A stretch of DNA of 64,000 nucleotides. Source: Camelus dromedarius. Lineage: Eukaryota. Under the pieces are notes generated by a model. The model ran no database searches. It was not told the origin of the DNA and worked only from the letters and a program-made list of their open reading frames with translations. The DNA is taken from the NCBI RefSeq assembly GCF_036321535.1, contig NC_087437.1, positions 24,368,001-24,432,000 on the forward strand, written 5' to 3'. Positions 11,228 through 24,496 of this stretch are shown here, piece after piece; the stretch's first letter is position 1; each line of letters starts with the position of its first letter. A program made the position numbers and the translations under genes.

Positions 11228-11997
11228 CACACACAATCTGTGTGATCATTGCAACAGATGCAGAAAAAAGCATTTGAAAACTCCAACACTATTTCATGAT
11301 CAAAGCACTCAACAAACTAGAAATAAAAAGGAACTTTCTCAACCTGACAAAGCCCATCTATGAAAAAAATAGCTAACATCATATTTAATGGTGAAAGAAA
11401 AAAATGCTTTTTCCTAAGATCAAGGGTAAGACAGGTAATGGCCACTTTCCCCACTTCTATTCAACCGTGTACTGGAGTTTCTGGTTAGGGAAACTGGCAA
11501 AATAAAGAAGTGAAAGGCATCCAGATTGGAAAGGAAGAAGTATCTGTTTTTGCAGATGATAGAGGCAGGAGGATATAGGTCAAGTGGTAGAATGCATGTT
11601 TAGCAGATATGAGGTCCTGGGTTCGATTCCTAGTACCTCCTCTAAAAATAAATAAATAAGCCTAATTACCTCTCTCCCCTACCTACCGCCCCCAAAAAGT
11701 TCTCTTTGCAGATGACGTCATCTTGTACATAGAAGTCCTAACTAATCCATTAAAATATTAAAAAAAAAACCTATTGGAACTAACAAATGCGCTCAACAAG
11801 ATTATAGGATATGAGGTCAGTAAAATGAATTGTGTTTCTGTACCCCAATAATGAACAATTCAAAAATAAAATTAAGAAAATAATTCCATTTATTAAAGCA
11901 TCAAAAATAATAAAACCCTTGGGAATAAATTTAACAATAAAAGTGCAAGATCTATATGCATTGCAAGACAGGAGAGCTTAACACTGTTACGAAGGTA
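11228..11997 (+). mobile_element. Old L1M ORF2 RT region, sense arm of an inverted L1, interrupted by a SINE
   Basis: gatgcagaaaaaagcatttga (DAEKAF), ggcatccagattggaaaggaagaag (GIQIGKEE) and ctctttgcagatgac (LFADD). Confidence 0.85.
11561..11698 (+). mobile_element. Camelid tRNA-derived SINE (Vic-1-like)
   Basis: A box (taggtcaagtgg), B box (ggttcgattcc), AATAAA repeats and a cctaattacctc pyrimidine tract. TSD core tttgcagatga at 11549-11559 and 11705-11715. Homologous to 63521-63645. Confidence 0.85.
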
Positions 11998-12221
11998 GTA
12001 TTTCTAAAAACACGAAAGACTCTAGATCAAATCAGCCTTTGGCTAATTTATCTATGAGAACAGTAACTGGCGGCTCTGACAGTTTCATTTCAATTAGTCA
12101 GATTACAGACAATGCAGCAGGTGCTAATTCAACAGATTTTTAATTGAAAAGGAAATGTGGGAGGTAAAAATTAAGTATCTCTTCTTCCCAAAGGCCTTGA
12201 TAATTTGCTACAAAGAAAATA

Positions 12222-12327
12222 CTGTATTTTATCAAATGTAAGATGCCTTTGACTGTTAATTCATCTTAATTTCAGGGATGTTAAATTAGGATAAAAATCT
12301 GCTTATACAACCATGATTTCATATATG
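12222..12327. mobile_element. MER104-like (TcMar-Tc2) MITE remnant
   Basis: ctgtattttatcaaatgtaagatgcctttgactgt...atttcagggatgttaaatt resembles the remembered MER104 consensus. Confidence 0.55.
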
Positions 12328-15300
12328 TTATGTTATCATACTTCTCGTAAGAGCAGTGAAAAAAAAAAAGTTTTAGGAGAGAAGGTTATCAACTGCTTGT
12401 GAAAATTAAGGATTGAGTAAGTCTTACCTGAATTTGGAAAACACAAGATTTTCATAAGCAATGAAAAAGAGATAAGGCCCTGTGGTGCAGGGACCCAGAA
12501 TAAGGCAAAGCCTGAAGGAGGGAGAGTCTAGCTCACATTAAGAAACCACTAGTAGTTTTGGAGAAAGGAAGTTACCTTACAAAGATTAGCCTGGCAATAG
12601 ATAAGAATGAGTTCTAAAAAATTAGATCCTGGGAAATAAGTTATTTAAGAATATTCTGCCCTTAAGATGCCAGTATAATATCAATGGAGAAATATGTCAC
12701 AAGCCATTAAAAAATATAATTAGAAGAAACTTTAAGAATGATATCAATTTAGAAAAACACTATATAAAGACAAGTTGAAGATGTGAAAGTAGATAAGTCA
12801 GTCAAGGAAAAAACAGAAAAGAAATAAAGGCAAGAACCAAAAATATAAGAGATAAGAACTAAAAACAGGAGGAGAAAAGGAAAACCAAAGTTGGAGAGAC
12901 TTTGAGTGTGAGTAACAATGTCCAATGTCAGTGTCGGTCAGCTCAATGACCAAGGGAGAAGCCATTCACTTTGTAAAGGGCACCAGTAACTTCTGCTGGA
13001 GCAATTTTAGTAAAAGAAAAAAAGCTACTTTCACAAAAGAGCAATATAAGCTTAGAGAATCTCACTGAATAAATGGTGATACCAGAGCCTAAAACAGCAT
13101 GTTTGACTCCTAATGGATTTCCAGCCTTGGGATCACAGCTCCCCCAGAACGTATGGTAACAATTTTTAAGCAAGAAGCATACACAGGACAATGCAATGTC
13201 TTCTATTATGCGAGGCATTTATCTACTTCATCAAAGACTCAAAACTGAGACCATAAACACAAGAAAATAAAATGGTCTCATCTCTAAGCAGAGTAACACC
13301 TTCAGCCTATTTTACTGGGAGGAAAACTCATTTAGTTTTTATTGAACAGTACTCTGAGTAGCGTTATCCAAGGTGTAAGTGAATAGCTTTGAAGTTTGGA
13401 GGGAAAATGGAAATATCAATAAGATAGAGATAAAATGACAAATGTGTGAGAGAGAATGCTATAAACTCCAATGCTCGTGGATTAGGAGGAAGAACAAAGG
13501 TCTGTGGTCTAGGGAGAGAGGTGGTCAGGCATGGAGAGCAGATGTAAACTGTGTATCATATCACATTCCTTTGCAGCTTCAGAGGAAAAGAGGAGAAATG
13601 AAAGGCTTGGTATGTCACGTGACTATACACCCCCCTAAACACCAATGGTGAAGAGCAGAGAAATCCACATAATGCTTTGGAATGAGAAGAAAGCACTTAA
13701 ATAGCAGATTCTAGTTCAGAGGATACATTTTAATTCTGAGAGATTGTATAAGAAAGAGAAGACTTGACAGGAACCGACATTGGTTTTGTGAGTTGAAAAT
13801 TACCTGCAAGACAAGATACAGAAAAGCTTTGTAAATCAGAACTAGAATTCTTCAGCTCTTGAAATTATAGGTCATGGAAATATTTGATTTAACCAGTCTG
13901 TAATGGTGCCAGCTTGTCAGACTGAAGATTACTTACACGAGTTGCTTATAATGCAAAATAATAACCCTATTAAATTTAAGAAGGTTTAAAATGTATTTCC
14001 TTTTGATGTGATTAAGAAAGTCCTAATATTTAGAAAAAGGAAATTCATATTAATTTTCCTAGGGATTGACTTGCTTTAAATGCATTTAAATAACAAAAGA
14101 ACTACTTTTATCTTTACTTAAGAATTTAGAAAAGTGAATTATTGTTAAAAATTACTTTTTTTTAATATTTGCAAGCATTTGATAAAATTTGAAAGGTTGT
14201 AGTTCCCTGTTCTTTATTAATGTACTTAGAATATAATAGCAGACACTACCCCAAAAAAAGAAATCAACAGAGTTCATACTGCCTTGGCAAAATCTAAATT
14301 CATTGCCTGTTTCATACATCATTATCATTTCGTTTTAAAGTTCCAGTGAAATCTTTTGTTATTTATACTGTACCTGTGTACAGTGAAATAAAAAGATACT
14401 AGAAAATTGCATGTGCCATACAGATTAAAAATGGCACCACTCCTAAACCACATGTTTTCTGTCTCCTGTACTTTCTGTCAGAGTCAGCTGGTAATAAAAG
14501 AAGACAAATACTGAGGAATTGAATCTGGAGCAATCAATGTGAATAGTGCTGTTAGCTCAAGATGTCTCTGCTGTGGGACTCTGCTACCTGCCTGGATTAT
14601 TTATGGTAGATAAAGCATTTTTGGTTTTCCTAGTCTGCACGTCTGAGTTATCAAACGCAAACTTCTTTTTCCATGGAGAAATGTTTGTCCCTGAATGAGG
14701 CCAACTCTTTCGGAGTACTAGAGCATAATTTAGATTATGGGAAGGGACTTGTAAATTACAATTATTAGATCCTGCACCAGTGTTTTTCTTACTTTTTTGA
14801 ACAAGAATCACCCAGACAGAGGAGAGTCAATGTCTGACTTAAAATTCCTTTGAAGTCTTACATAGTATTTTTAAAATGCAAGCTAGTTTTTTACTCTGTT
14901 CTCATAACACATTTATGTTTATTTTAATACATTTAATGTTTTAAACTGCTTTCCACTGGGTAACGTTAAGCACACCTTAAAAACATGCCACTTTTATGCT
15001 AAAGTTTCCAGCACCCAGGGCTGCCCCAAAGGGCAAAGCAAAATGAGTTCATTCTCCAATTTGAAAACAGACCCCTCTAAGATCTAAGTCACTTTTTAAA
15101 TAACGTAAATATCTATAGCACAACATACCCAAGTATGCTATTTCGCTGAGTCTTTATGGACTTTGCCACAATGAAACACATTTAACGATGAGTAGTACAT
15201 CAAGTAGAAGAAACCTCACCCAAGGAGAATGTGCAGGTCAGAGAGAAGGAAGGCACTGCTAAATCAGACAATAAGTGACATTTCTTTACATGATAAAGAC

Positions 15301-17739
15301 TGCTGAATCATTAAGCTGCCTGAACTAAAAGAAAACCATCAGGAAGCATTAGCAAGCGAGAATAACATGTTGCAATCTAACTGAGGTCCTAATCTCTTGA
15401 GATGAAATGATCACACAGGGCTCCCTCTGTTGGCCCCTCTGTGGTCTACACATATTTCCTAATGAAGGCCATGCAACCTTCCAGTATTAAAGATGGGCAA
15501 GGATTCATTAGTAAGGGTTTCAAATTATCCAAGCAGATTTTCCTCCCATATTGATGAATCAAACGAGGCTTTCATTATAGATCTCCTACAGAGAGTTATC
15601 TGGAAGCAAACGGCACTGTTTTTAAAAAGAAAAAAAACAAACAAACCCATATTCCTAGATCATGAAAATGAGGTGTTTATTGTGCACATTGGGTATCTAT
15701 TTTATCAGAAGGAAGAAATTTTAAGTTATACCATTTAAAATTCTAAGAAACTCTTCTTTCCCACTTTGAGGTAGTTCTAGATCTTGTAATTAAAGCTCAT
15801 TTAAACAAGAGCTTCACAGCATGAGCATGGTCTCCACAGCATCCCCACCTCAGTTTTCTTTCCTTGCCTCTATCTTGTTTTCCTTCCCCCAACACTTTCT
15901 GTTGAACTAGGATTCTCATCTTCCCCCCTGCCTCCTACTGCTACACCAAACCATTTAATGTTCTCCCTCCTTAAGTCTTAACCTTCTGATCCTGCAGGAA
16001 AAAGATGTCATTAGGAAAATTTGAAATGAATATCACAATCAGTTCACAAATCTCCCCTTAAAGAGTTCCAGTTTCCTTGATCCTCAGATAGAAAATTCAA
16101 TTCTCATCGCAGCAATTATTTTGCTTTTCTTGAAAAATCTGGGAGAGATTATGGTCCGACACACAGCCTGGGAAATGCCAGGGTCGCGCACTCTATTCCA
16201 GGTGTAGCTTGAATGAGTGGAAGCTTGTAGCATCTGGCCTCCGTGATGGAGAGTTACTCTCTAGAGACTTGGGGAAAAAAACTAAAGGACCCAATAAAGG
16301 GTTGTCATGTGACACCACCCTGCTATTTTAGTTTCCACAGTTTGCCTTCTCATTTTAATTAGGCAAAAGTAATGAGCCCTTTGTTCTGCAGAATTGCTCT
16401 AAAAACTTCAACAGAAGTCCTTCCGGCAAAGTAACATATGTTAATTCTACATATTCCAAATTCAACTTGCTAGCACCAGAAATGGGGCACAACTGGGGCT
16501 TTATCTCCTATTAAGTATTCAGTTCCTGTTCCCTATCACCTGCAGTAATACATAGGCAATCCTGAAGGCCTTCCATAGTAAAAATCCAACACTGAAATAA
16601 TCTTGTTGAGAATAGGAAAATGAAATCTAAATCTCTTTATTCCCACATAATCTTTTGACGATCATACTGTGAGTTAAGGAACAGGTTGACGTTACCATCC
16701 CCCAGATCTCTATTTTTGTGAAACCCTAGGTTAAATGAACCCCCATCCTAAATTCCAAACTTACACGCCAGACTCAGTTAAAACAGCTTAGAAACCTTAT
16801 TATGTGCTATCCAATGGCGCAAGACAGAGCATTTAAATCTCACTGTCATTTTCTTTTTTTGTTCCACAGTGGTTGGCTAAGGCACATGACACTTTCAGGC
16901 ATTTAAAATAGTGAAATCTCACAGTTATTTTATTTTAAATTCTTTTTCCTCCCTTATTCATGCGTAGCCCAAGGATTACAATGTTTTTAATGACAGATTG
17001 CTATTCTGATTTATGTCATTGGGTGGCTTTGGACTTAAACTCTGTGATTCCACACATTTTACTTTGTACTCTTCTGACTGCTGTTATTAAGAAGGAATGT
17101 TTTCAGGAAATCTCCCATTGTAGCTCAGAGCCAATCATTACAGTTGAAAGCATCCAAGGCTTCAAATGATAATGTCAAAAGTGAATTACAGCTTTCAAAA
17201 TAAATTATTGCTGGGCGACACTACAGAGTGGGAGTAGTGTACTTCTCAATCAAGGGTTTAAAGTCACTTTCAATCGCATCTTTTGGGAAGATTTTTAAGA
17301 TATTATCTTTCTGAATATTGTCGGGCATTTCAGAGCTTCTGGATTTCCAACTTCCCTTCTCAGCTATCAACAGAACTGCACTACTGGTACTCTGGATTAC
17401 GGTTACAGCTTTTCATTCAATATTCATTGGTCCCTGGGTTATTTCCTCTTAAGCTTTGACTACTGGGTATTACTGTATTAACTCAATTTTAATAGGTACA
17501 AAATGGGGCATTGAGAGCTCAATGAATGGGGATAGAAGTACCGGAACAAAAATGCTAACTATTCTCCATTTTACCTTGGTGACTGCATATTCCCTCACTT
17601 GTGTTGTGTTAGAGACCCAGGATGCCTCAAGATAATCAGCAATAAAAGGGAAGCAAAGCACATATCTGATTAAACATAGAGAGATATATTCAGTAGACAT
17701 CAGGCTCTCAAAAATCTTTTAATCTTGGGTTATGATCCC

Positions 17740-19620
17740 CAGCTGGGCATGTTGGTTTCGCTCTCAACTCAACCACTACCCTTAAATTGATACTGCATAC
17801 TTCTGAGCAGCCTTATCCGTTTGCTTTTTCTCTTGTCATACCTATATTGCATACCTCCATCTTTCCGGAATATCCAACTTTCCGTCATCCCGCTTATACT
17901 CAACAGGTGATCTTGCAACATTTTTAATTAAGAAAATAAATGGTATTAGATATGACATCTTTCATCTCTCCGCCATACAAATCCAACTGTATCTGCAAAC
18001 TTTTTCTTCCTCTTAATTGCAATGGAAGAGTGAGTACTAACCTGAACGCTCTCCCCTACTGCCTTCGCAGAGTCCCTTTGTCAGTCATTCCTCCCTGAAG
18101 CTCTTCAACTTCTAAGCCTCTGCTCTGTGCCCTTGCCACTAGGCATCCACACATATCTTAGTATATTTCATTAAATAAAAACTCTGTGGATCACTCTCAA
18201 GCTATTTTCCTACCTGTCTTCTCATCACCTTTTGTTTGTTTTTCAAGTCCCACTAGTAAGGATTCCACCCCTAACATTCCATGAGACTATTCTGCTTTTG
18301 ATAAAGATGACAATTATCTTTCTGATGCCTAATGCCTAAATCCTCATCTCATTTTACTTCTGTACTAGCTTCTTAGGGCTACTGCAACAAACTATTACAT
18401 ACTGTGTGGCTAATAAGGCAGATTTATTTTCCCACAGTTCAAGAGGTCAGTATAGTCTGAAATCAAGGTGTTGGCACAAGGTGGGTTCCTTCTGGAGGCT
18501 CTGAGGGAGAAACCATCCCATGTCTCTCTCCCAGCTTCTAGTCGCTCCCCCAAATCCTTGGCATTCCTTGGCTTGTGGCTGCCATCACTATAATCATTTG
18601 TCTTCACGTGATTTTTCTGTTTTTGTGTGTCCTTCCCTCTTTTTCTAAGAATGTCAGTCATTGGACTCTTGGCCCACTCAAATCCTGTATGACCTCAACT
18701 TAATTTGATTGCACTTAGACAAACTGTTTCTAAATAAGGTCACATTCACAGGTACAGGAAGGTTGGGGGTTGAACATATTTTTGGGAGAGCACAATTCAA
18801 CTCACTACAACTTCTCAACAGCATTCAAGAAATTTGAAGTTACTCGTGAGTCATACTTCTCTTTGTTGGCTTTGGAATACTCGGTTCACCCAGTTTCCTT
18901 CCATACCACTCTTTAGTCTGATTTTTCTCATTTTTCTCTAACATTTATATTTTGGAGTTCCATTCTGGACCCTCTTCTCTTGTTCTTCTATATTCGTTTC
19001 CTAGGGAATCACATCTATCCCAAACTTTGAAAAGACTTCAAACTTGTATCTCTATTCAGATATTTCTTCTGAGCTTCAGACTACTCTTTCCAACTGCCTA
19101 CATGGCATCTCTGGTGAATAATTAATGTTATTTCTAAGACAGTGTATGTAATAGTTATATATTGAAAAATATATTAGAACATTTAAGAAGCCTAGCTCAA
19201 ACCTTTCAATAGCTTTCCAACCAATGCATTTGGAATAAAATTCCAGTTCTTTTTCCTATCTCCATGACTTGGCCCCTGCCAATTTCTCCATCTCATCTCT
19301 TGTCCATTTCCAGGACTTGCTCAGTATATTTTGAAGGCCATTTCTCAAAAATGCAAGTCAAATCAAATCCTTTAACATAGCATTTCCACACACTGGAACG
19401 TTCTTTTTCTCATTCTTCATCCACTGACCTTCTATTACATCTTCAAGCTTTGACTTAAATAGCACTTCCTTAGGAAAGCCTTTTCTAATCATAGACCTAC
19501 TACCCTTATAAAATTTTATAGAATTAGTCTTCCTGTTATTGTCTCTCAGGTAATCCAATTTTCCTCAGATGATGTATTATGGATTGGACTTGTATATGTC
19601 TATATTTTCAACTTCTAGCT
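17740..19620 (+). mobile_element. LINE-2 relic interrupted by an MLT1 LTR
   Basis: L2-like text on both sides of the LTR: ctcatctcattttacttc|tcaacagcattc; tctggaccctcttctcttg; ttccaactgcctacatggcatctc; cacttcctaggaaagccttttctaa. Confidence 0.7.
18361..18809 (-). mobile_element. MaLR solo LTR (MLT1B/C-like) with a perfect 5-bp TSD
   Basis: TG...CA ends. Motifs ttccttctggaggctctgagggagaa and aaataaggtcacattcacaggtac. TSD acttc at 18356-18360 and 18810-18814. Confidence 0.9.
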
Positions 19621-19632
19621 TTGTTCTAAAAT

Positions 19633-19830
19633 TACAGTGGTTAAATATTAAGGGAAAAGCTTAGGATGGATTGCAAATCAGAATAACTTAATCCTAATTT
19701 TGACCATAGTATTAATTAACTTGAGCAGGATACTTAACTTCTCAGGTTCTTACTGTTCTCACCTGGAAAAGTGACTTACTTGGACAAAGTGGCTTCTCAA
19801 ATCCTGCTGTGACTCAACAGTTGTACCAAT
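19633..19830 (+). mobile_element. MIR/MIR3 SINE remnant
   Basis: cttgagcaggatacttaacttctcaggttcttactgttctcacctggaaaagtg is a degenerate MIR core. Confidence 0.55.
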
Positions 19831-22800
19831 CTATGATCCTATAAATACTCATACTTTAAGCAATAATCAACCATTTTCCTACTTCATCTGGGATACTAAT
19901 GAAAACTTGAGACATGAGCATTTTCAAAACTGGTACATTCAGTAGCTTGTCATGACTAGGAGGATAATGAGTCTGAATGTATTAACAGCTGGCCTTTATT
20001 CATAAGGCTGAACTTAAGAAAATTTGAAGTCTGTGCCTCACAAAAAATCACCCTATTCTTCCCCCATTTTATCTCCTCCATTTTTAACCACAAACCCCAG
20101 GTACCCTGTACCCTCTGCTCATCTTCAAACTATTCAGGATCACTCAGATAATTCCATGAACACTGAATCTTCATTGTCGGACTTCTCTCACTCCAAAACA
20201 CAATTTTTCCCTTAGAATCCTATTCTAAAATCACTACCATCATAAATAGAATTTTCTAAGAAAACACTCAACACAATAAATTCATCTGTGCAGGTTTGGT
20301 AGGTTCTAAAGGTAAAGTATTACTCTTTCCAAACAGGATATTCCTATAATATTTCTATTATATTTATCTGTCTATATTCAGTTTTAACAATAAGCTATGT
20401 TAAACTCTAAAAATATGCCATACCATTACTTTATTAGATTTTTCAGGTTAGTAATTTATGAATGTATTATTTTGTTTCTATTTTATACGTAAACATGTAG
20501 TATCAGTGATCTGTGTTTCATAATTCTTTATAAACATTTATTCATACTGGAAAAAATGGACTCTGAGTGATCTAAACTCTAAATGTTTAAAGATGTTCGT
20601 GGAAAACCTTTTTCTTCCATTTTGGTTTAAAAAACAAAATTTGGCTTTTAGTAATAAATCAACACCTAACATATAGTATCATGTTTCTAATTGCATAGAT
20701 TTAAAAAGCAGAAAGACTTTATTGCTAAATAAAAAGATAAAGTATATTATCATTTCTCTCTTTCAAGAAGACATTGCTTAGCACAGTCTCTCCACTCTTT
20801 GCCTCTAAAATTTAAAATAAATGCATTATATCCTAATCTTTAATCTGTGTTTTCTTTAAATTCTAGCTATTACCAACCACACTGTATTAACTACTATGCA
20901 AACCTTTTCTTTAAAATAATATTTTTCATGTACCATGTCCACTGGTTTCAATGTGACTGAAATATAGATTACAAAAAAAAAAAAAGCTCTATTTGGTTGT
21001 TATATATAAGTAAGCATAGAAATTGATCAGGCATCCTCTTTACTTAAGAGATATATCAGTACCTAGAGTTACAGGCTGCCCTCATTTAGTCTTTTCATTT
21101 GTGGTACTCCATATTACATGAGAGCACATCCATTTGAATCTCTTTAATATTCATGATCCTCTCACCAGCCCGAGCAAAAGAGCGAAGGCATTTGATAGCA
21201 ATCTGAAGAACTTGATTAACAATGTACTAATCATCAGTACCATTGACCTGATTCAAAAATGTTTTCAATTTATCCATCACTTTTATAACCAAAGATGATT
21301 GCATTACTTTACCATTTTTTTATTTAAATAAAGCCCCATGAGCAGAAAATATCAAGCTATTTCTACTAAATGCACCTTGCAACAATTTATTTTTAAACTA
21401 AGTTCTAAAGTGACCTGTAATAACCAATTAGTACTTCAATGTAGGAAACCAGGGCACAAGTGGTCTGCGGTAAAATCAATTCACTTTGACTTCACATCAC
21501 TAAATGTTAAATTGTGCCAAGGAATTAATTTTGCAATAAATTGTTACTGTGGTTACAAAAATCCAACTAAAGGATATTACTAGGAGTAATTATCCATATA
21601 TCAAAATGCACTGAATGTAGAGTGTGAACTATAATTACCCCTAAATTGCTGATCATTCAAATGTTAATTTTAAAGATTTCATTTTTATAGCCATAACTTT
21701 TTTTTTTAATTTTCAAGAACTCATTTTTGATGTATCCTAAAAATACACTACTGGCATAGTAAATTTAATAACAATTTAAAAGTATAAACATACACTAGTG
21801 TATCACTTTTGGGCTCAACTACCAGTTATCAGTACATTAATACCAGATGACAGTGATCCTGTGGTAGAACAACTGCCTTTTGTGCCAAAATGTCACTGAG
21901 AACCAGGTTTACTAGTCAGCTTGTACAATATTATATTTTTAGGAAAAAATAACACTATGAAGTTGAATATATCTGAGGAAAAAAATAGCAATATCATTCT
22001 CCAAAGCAATTGAAACATATCTCCATTTTAAAATGTCTGAAGTGATAAATAATTTGATTACTTCCTATGTGCATACTTTTCCACTTTTTAAAATATCAAA
22101 CATTTACTATCACATGCAGTAACACACCTATTGTAAAAAGTATCTTAAATCATGATTTTGCATTAGATCAACCTATTTTTATCCTCCAGTTTTTTTCTGA
22201 AACTTGATCATAAGGACAATTTAGACATCATGTAATACATTTCGGATATCATATTTTTAAAATCATTATTTAGACTGGCAAATCATTGAGAAAGGTAATA
22301 GAGTCCAATTTGTTTAAGTGTATAATCTAGCTTTCAATGTGAGAATTTAACATTTCAAATATTACTACTTTATTGATTCTTTGGCAAAGTCTACATGTAA
22401 TTGCATGAAAGTAAATAGAACCAAATACTTAGTGAAGCAGATAATATCTCTGTTAACCAGGGCTTGGCATTTCTGGGAATCATGCCTTTTGAGTGTATGT
22501 GGACTGACCTTAAGAAATCAAATATACCAGATTTAAACAATTACTGTTAAGGTTGTTTTCTTTCCTACTTCCAATCCAGTTATTTAAAACAAAAATCTCA
22601 TGAGAAATTTTTCTGTTCAATTGATTTTAGCTTACTGATAATAGTATCAGATATTTTCAGTTTATAATTGGGAGTCATTCTTTCTAAGGGCCTTTTTAAT
22701 TATAAAATTTCAATAACAAATACTGAAATTCAGTATTCAATCTTTTAAAAGCAATACTTAAATTAAATATATCTTAAAATCTTACGGGAAAGAGTTAACT

Positions 22801-24459
22801 AATCTACGTAAGGGTTAACTTCCTGATATAAATGCATTGTCATATATAACAATTTTTTAATATTCTTATTTAAAAATATGAGTTCTAGCTTGCAGAGAAT
22901 TTCCCAGACAAAATCACCCATCTGTAAACAATTAGAAAAATGAAGATAATAAAATCATCAAGACTATATTCTGTTTCCTAATATTAAATAAAGGTGGACA
23001 ACTGGGCATTTCATATATGACAGTAGATTAATTTCTTATTCTTTCCTACATTATTTTATCCATACTAATTAAATTTTAAAGAAATATATACAAAACTATA
23101 CAAATAACTCAAAAAAGTTAAAATATTTCACTATTAGACTATGTTATATGTAAATGGTGATATTGAATGTTTTGATAAAGTGAATTTCTTTTAATTTATT
23201 TGATACAGTGAAAATGTTTTGATGAGTGAATTTGGAAAATGAAGATAAACAATTTTGTGAATGATGCTTCTGAATAATGAAAACGGTTCAGCAATCTAAG
23301 CCTCCTTGTTTTGCCCAAACCTCTTTTTGCCTGACACATTACTGCCTTTGTTGATGATTAACTGAAGTATAAATTTGGGATAAGTGCAAAAGTCCCCAAA
23401 AGCTATTTGCAAAAATCTCTGCAAAGGGCTGCCACTGAATTGCCTTCTTGGTCAGATGATTTATTGCAGCAACCATGTGGAATAGAAAACTGAAACTCTA
23501 GATGAATTTTAAAAAGAAAAAAAGAATCTTCCAATAGTTTTAGCAGAACCTTCTATTCTTAATGAAAAAGAAGTTGGCCCAGGCTAAAAAGGAAAGTTGG
23601 ATTTCCAACAAGTAAACCATTATTCCTCCTTTTGCTTTCATGTTTGGAAGCACAAATACACACAAGGTGTACACATGTATATGTAGATGAGTATCCATGA
23701 AAAGACTAGCATTCCTCTTATGTAAAAAGATGAAAACTAGCCCAATGCTGGACATGAACTGATACCACATGCATGTCAGTTACATCTTCAAAGTTTCATA
23801 TGATCCCCATAGTAAAAAAAAAAAAAAAAAAAAGAGACCAAAATAAAACTTCTGAGTAAACCAAACCAAAACCAAAAAAAGATTCAAATGTAATTTATGT
23901 GGAACTAGCAGCAAATATTGGTACAGAATGAAATGTAAGTTGATCTTCATGGGGAGGGAAAGCATGTAGCAATGTCTATAATGAACTCTTGTCTTGGAAT
24001 GTTTTTATTTAAGCCTCTTAGATAATAATTCAAATCATTCTTCGGATGAGGCACATACTCACAGACAAGGTAATCCAGAACCTGAGCTAACCTGGAAGAA
24101 CACCGGACATGTTTTTCATGGGAGGTTGAACGGCTTTCTGACTTGCACCTGTATTTGTGTAGGTGAAACCTATGTTGCCCTGAAAGGTATGATTAATAGA
24201 GTCCATTTCTGACAACTGAAACCACCTTCTATAAATTGAAATTTTCAGTTTTAAATAGCTTTGGGGGGCATTCAGGTAAATACAGCCTAAGAGTTTATAA
24301 TTAGTCTGACATTTCTAGACACAATTAACTTGCAGATTCAAATACTTGATTTACATATATAAATATCATCATCTACTGACACTACATAATCTTTCTTTGG
24401 AAAATGAAACTTCATCACAAGTTATTCTCTGATGGGTATTCACTGAATTCCCCTTATGG

Positions 24460-24461
<2 letters not shown>

Positions 24462-24493
<32 letters not shown>
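24462..24493 (+). repeat. (AC)16 microsatellite
   Basis: Perfect dinucleotide run. Confidence 0.95.

Positions 24494-24496
<3 letters not shown>

Noticed and set aside
15960..16205. Polypyrimidine tract plus CAG (possible acceptor at about 15997) and a weak downstream donor
   Set aside because: All three frames hit stops early and no recognisable peptide results. A non-coding exon cannot be excluded without RNA data.
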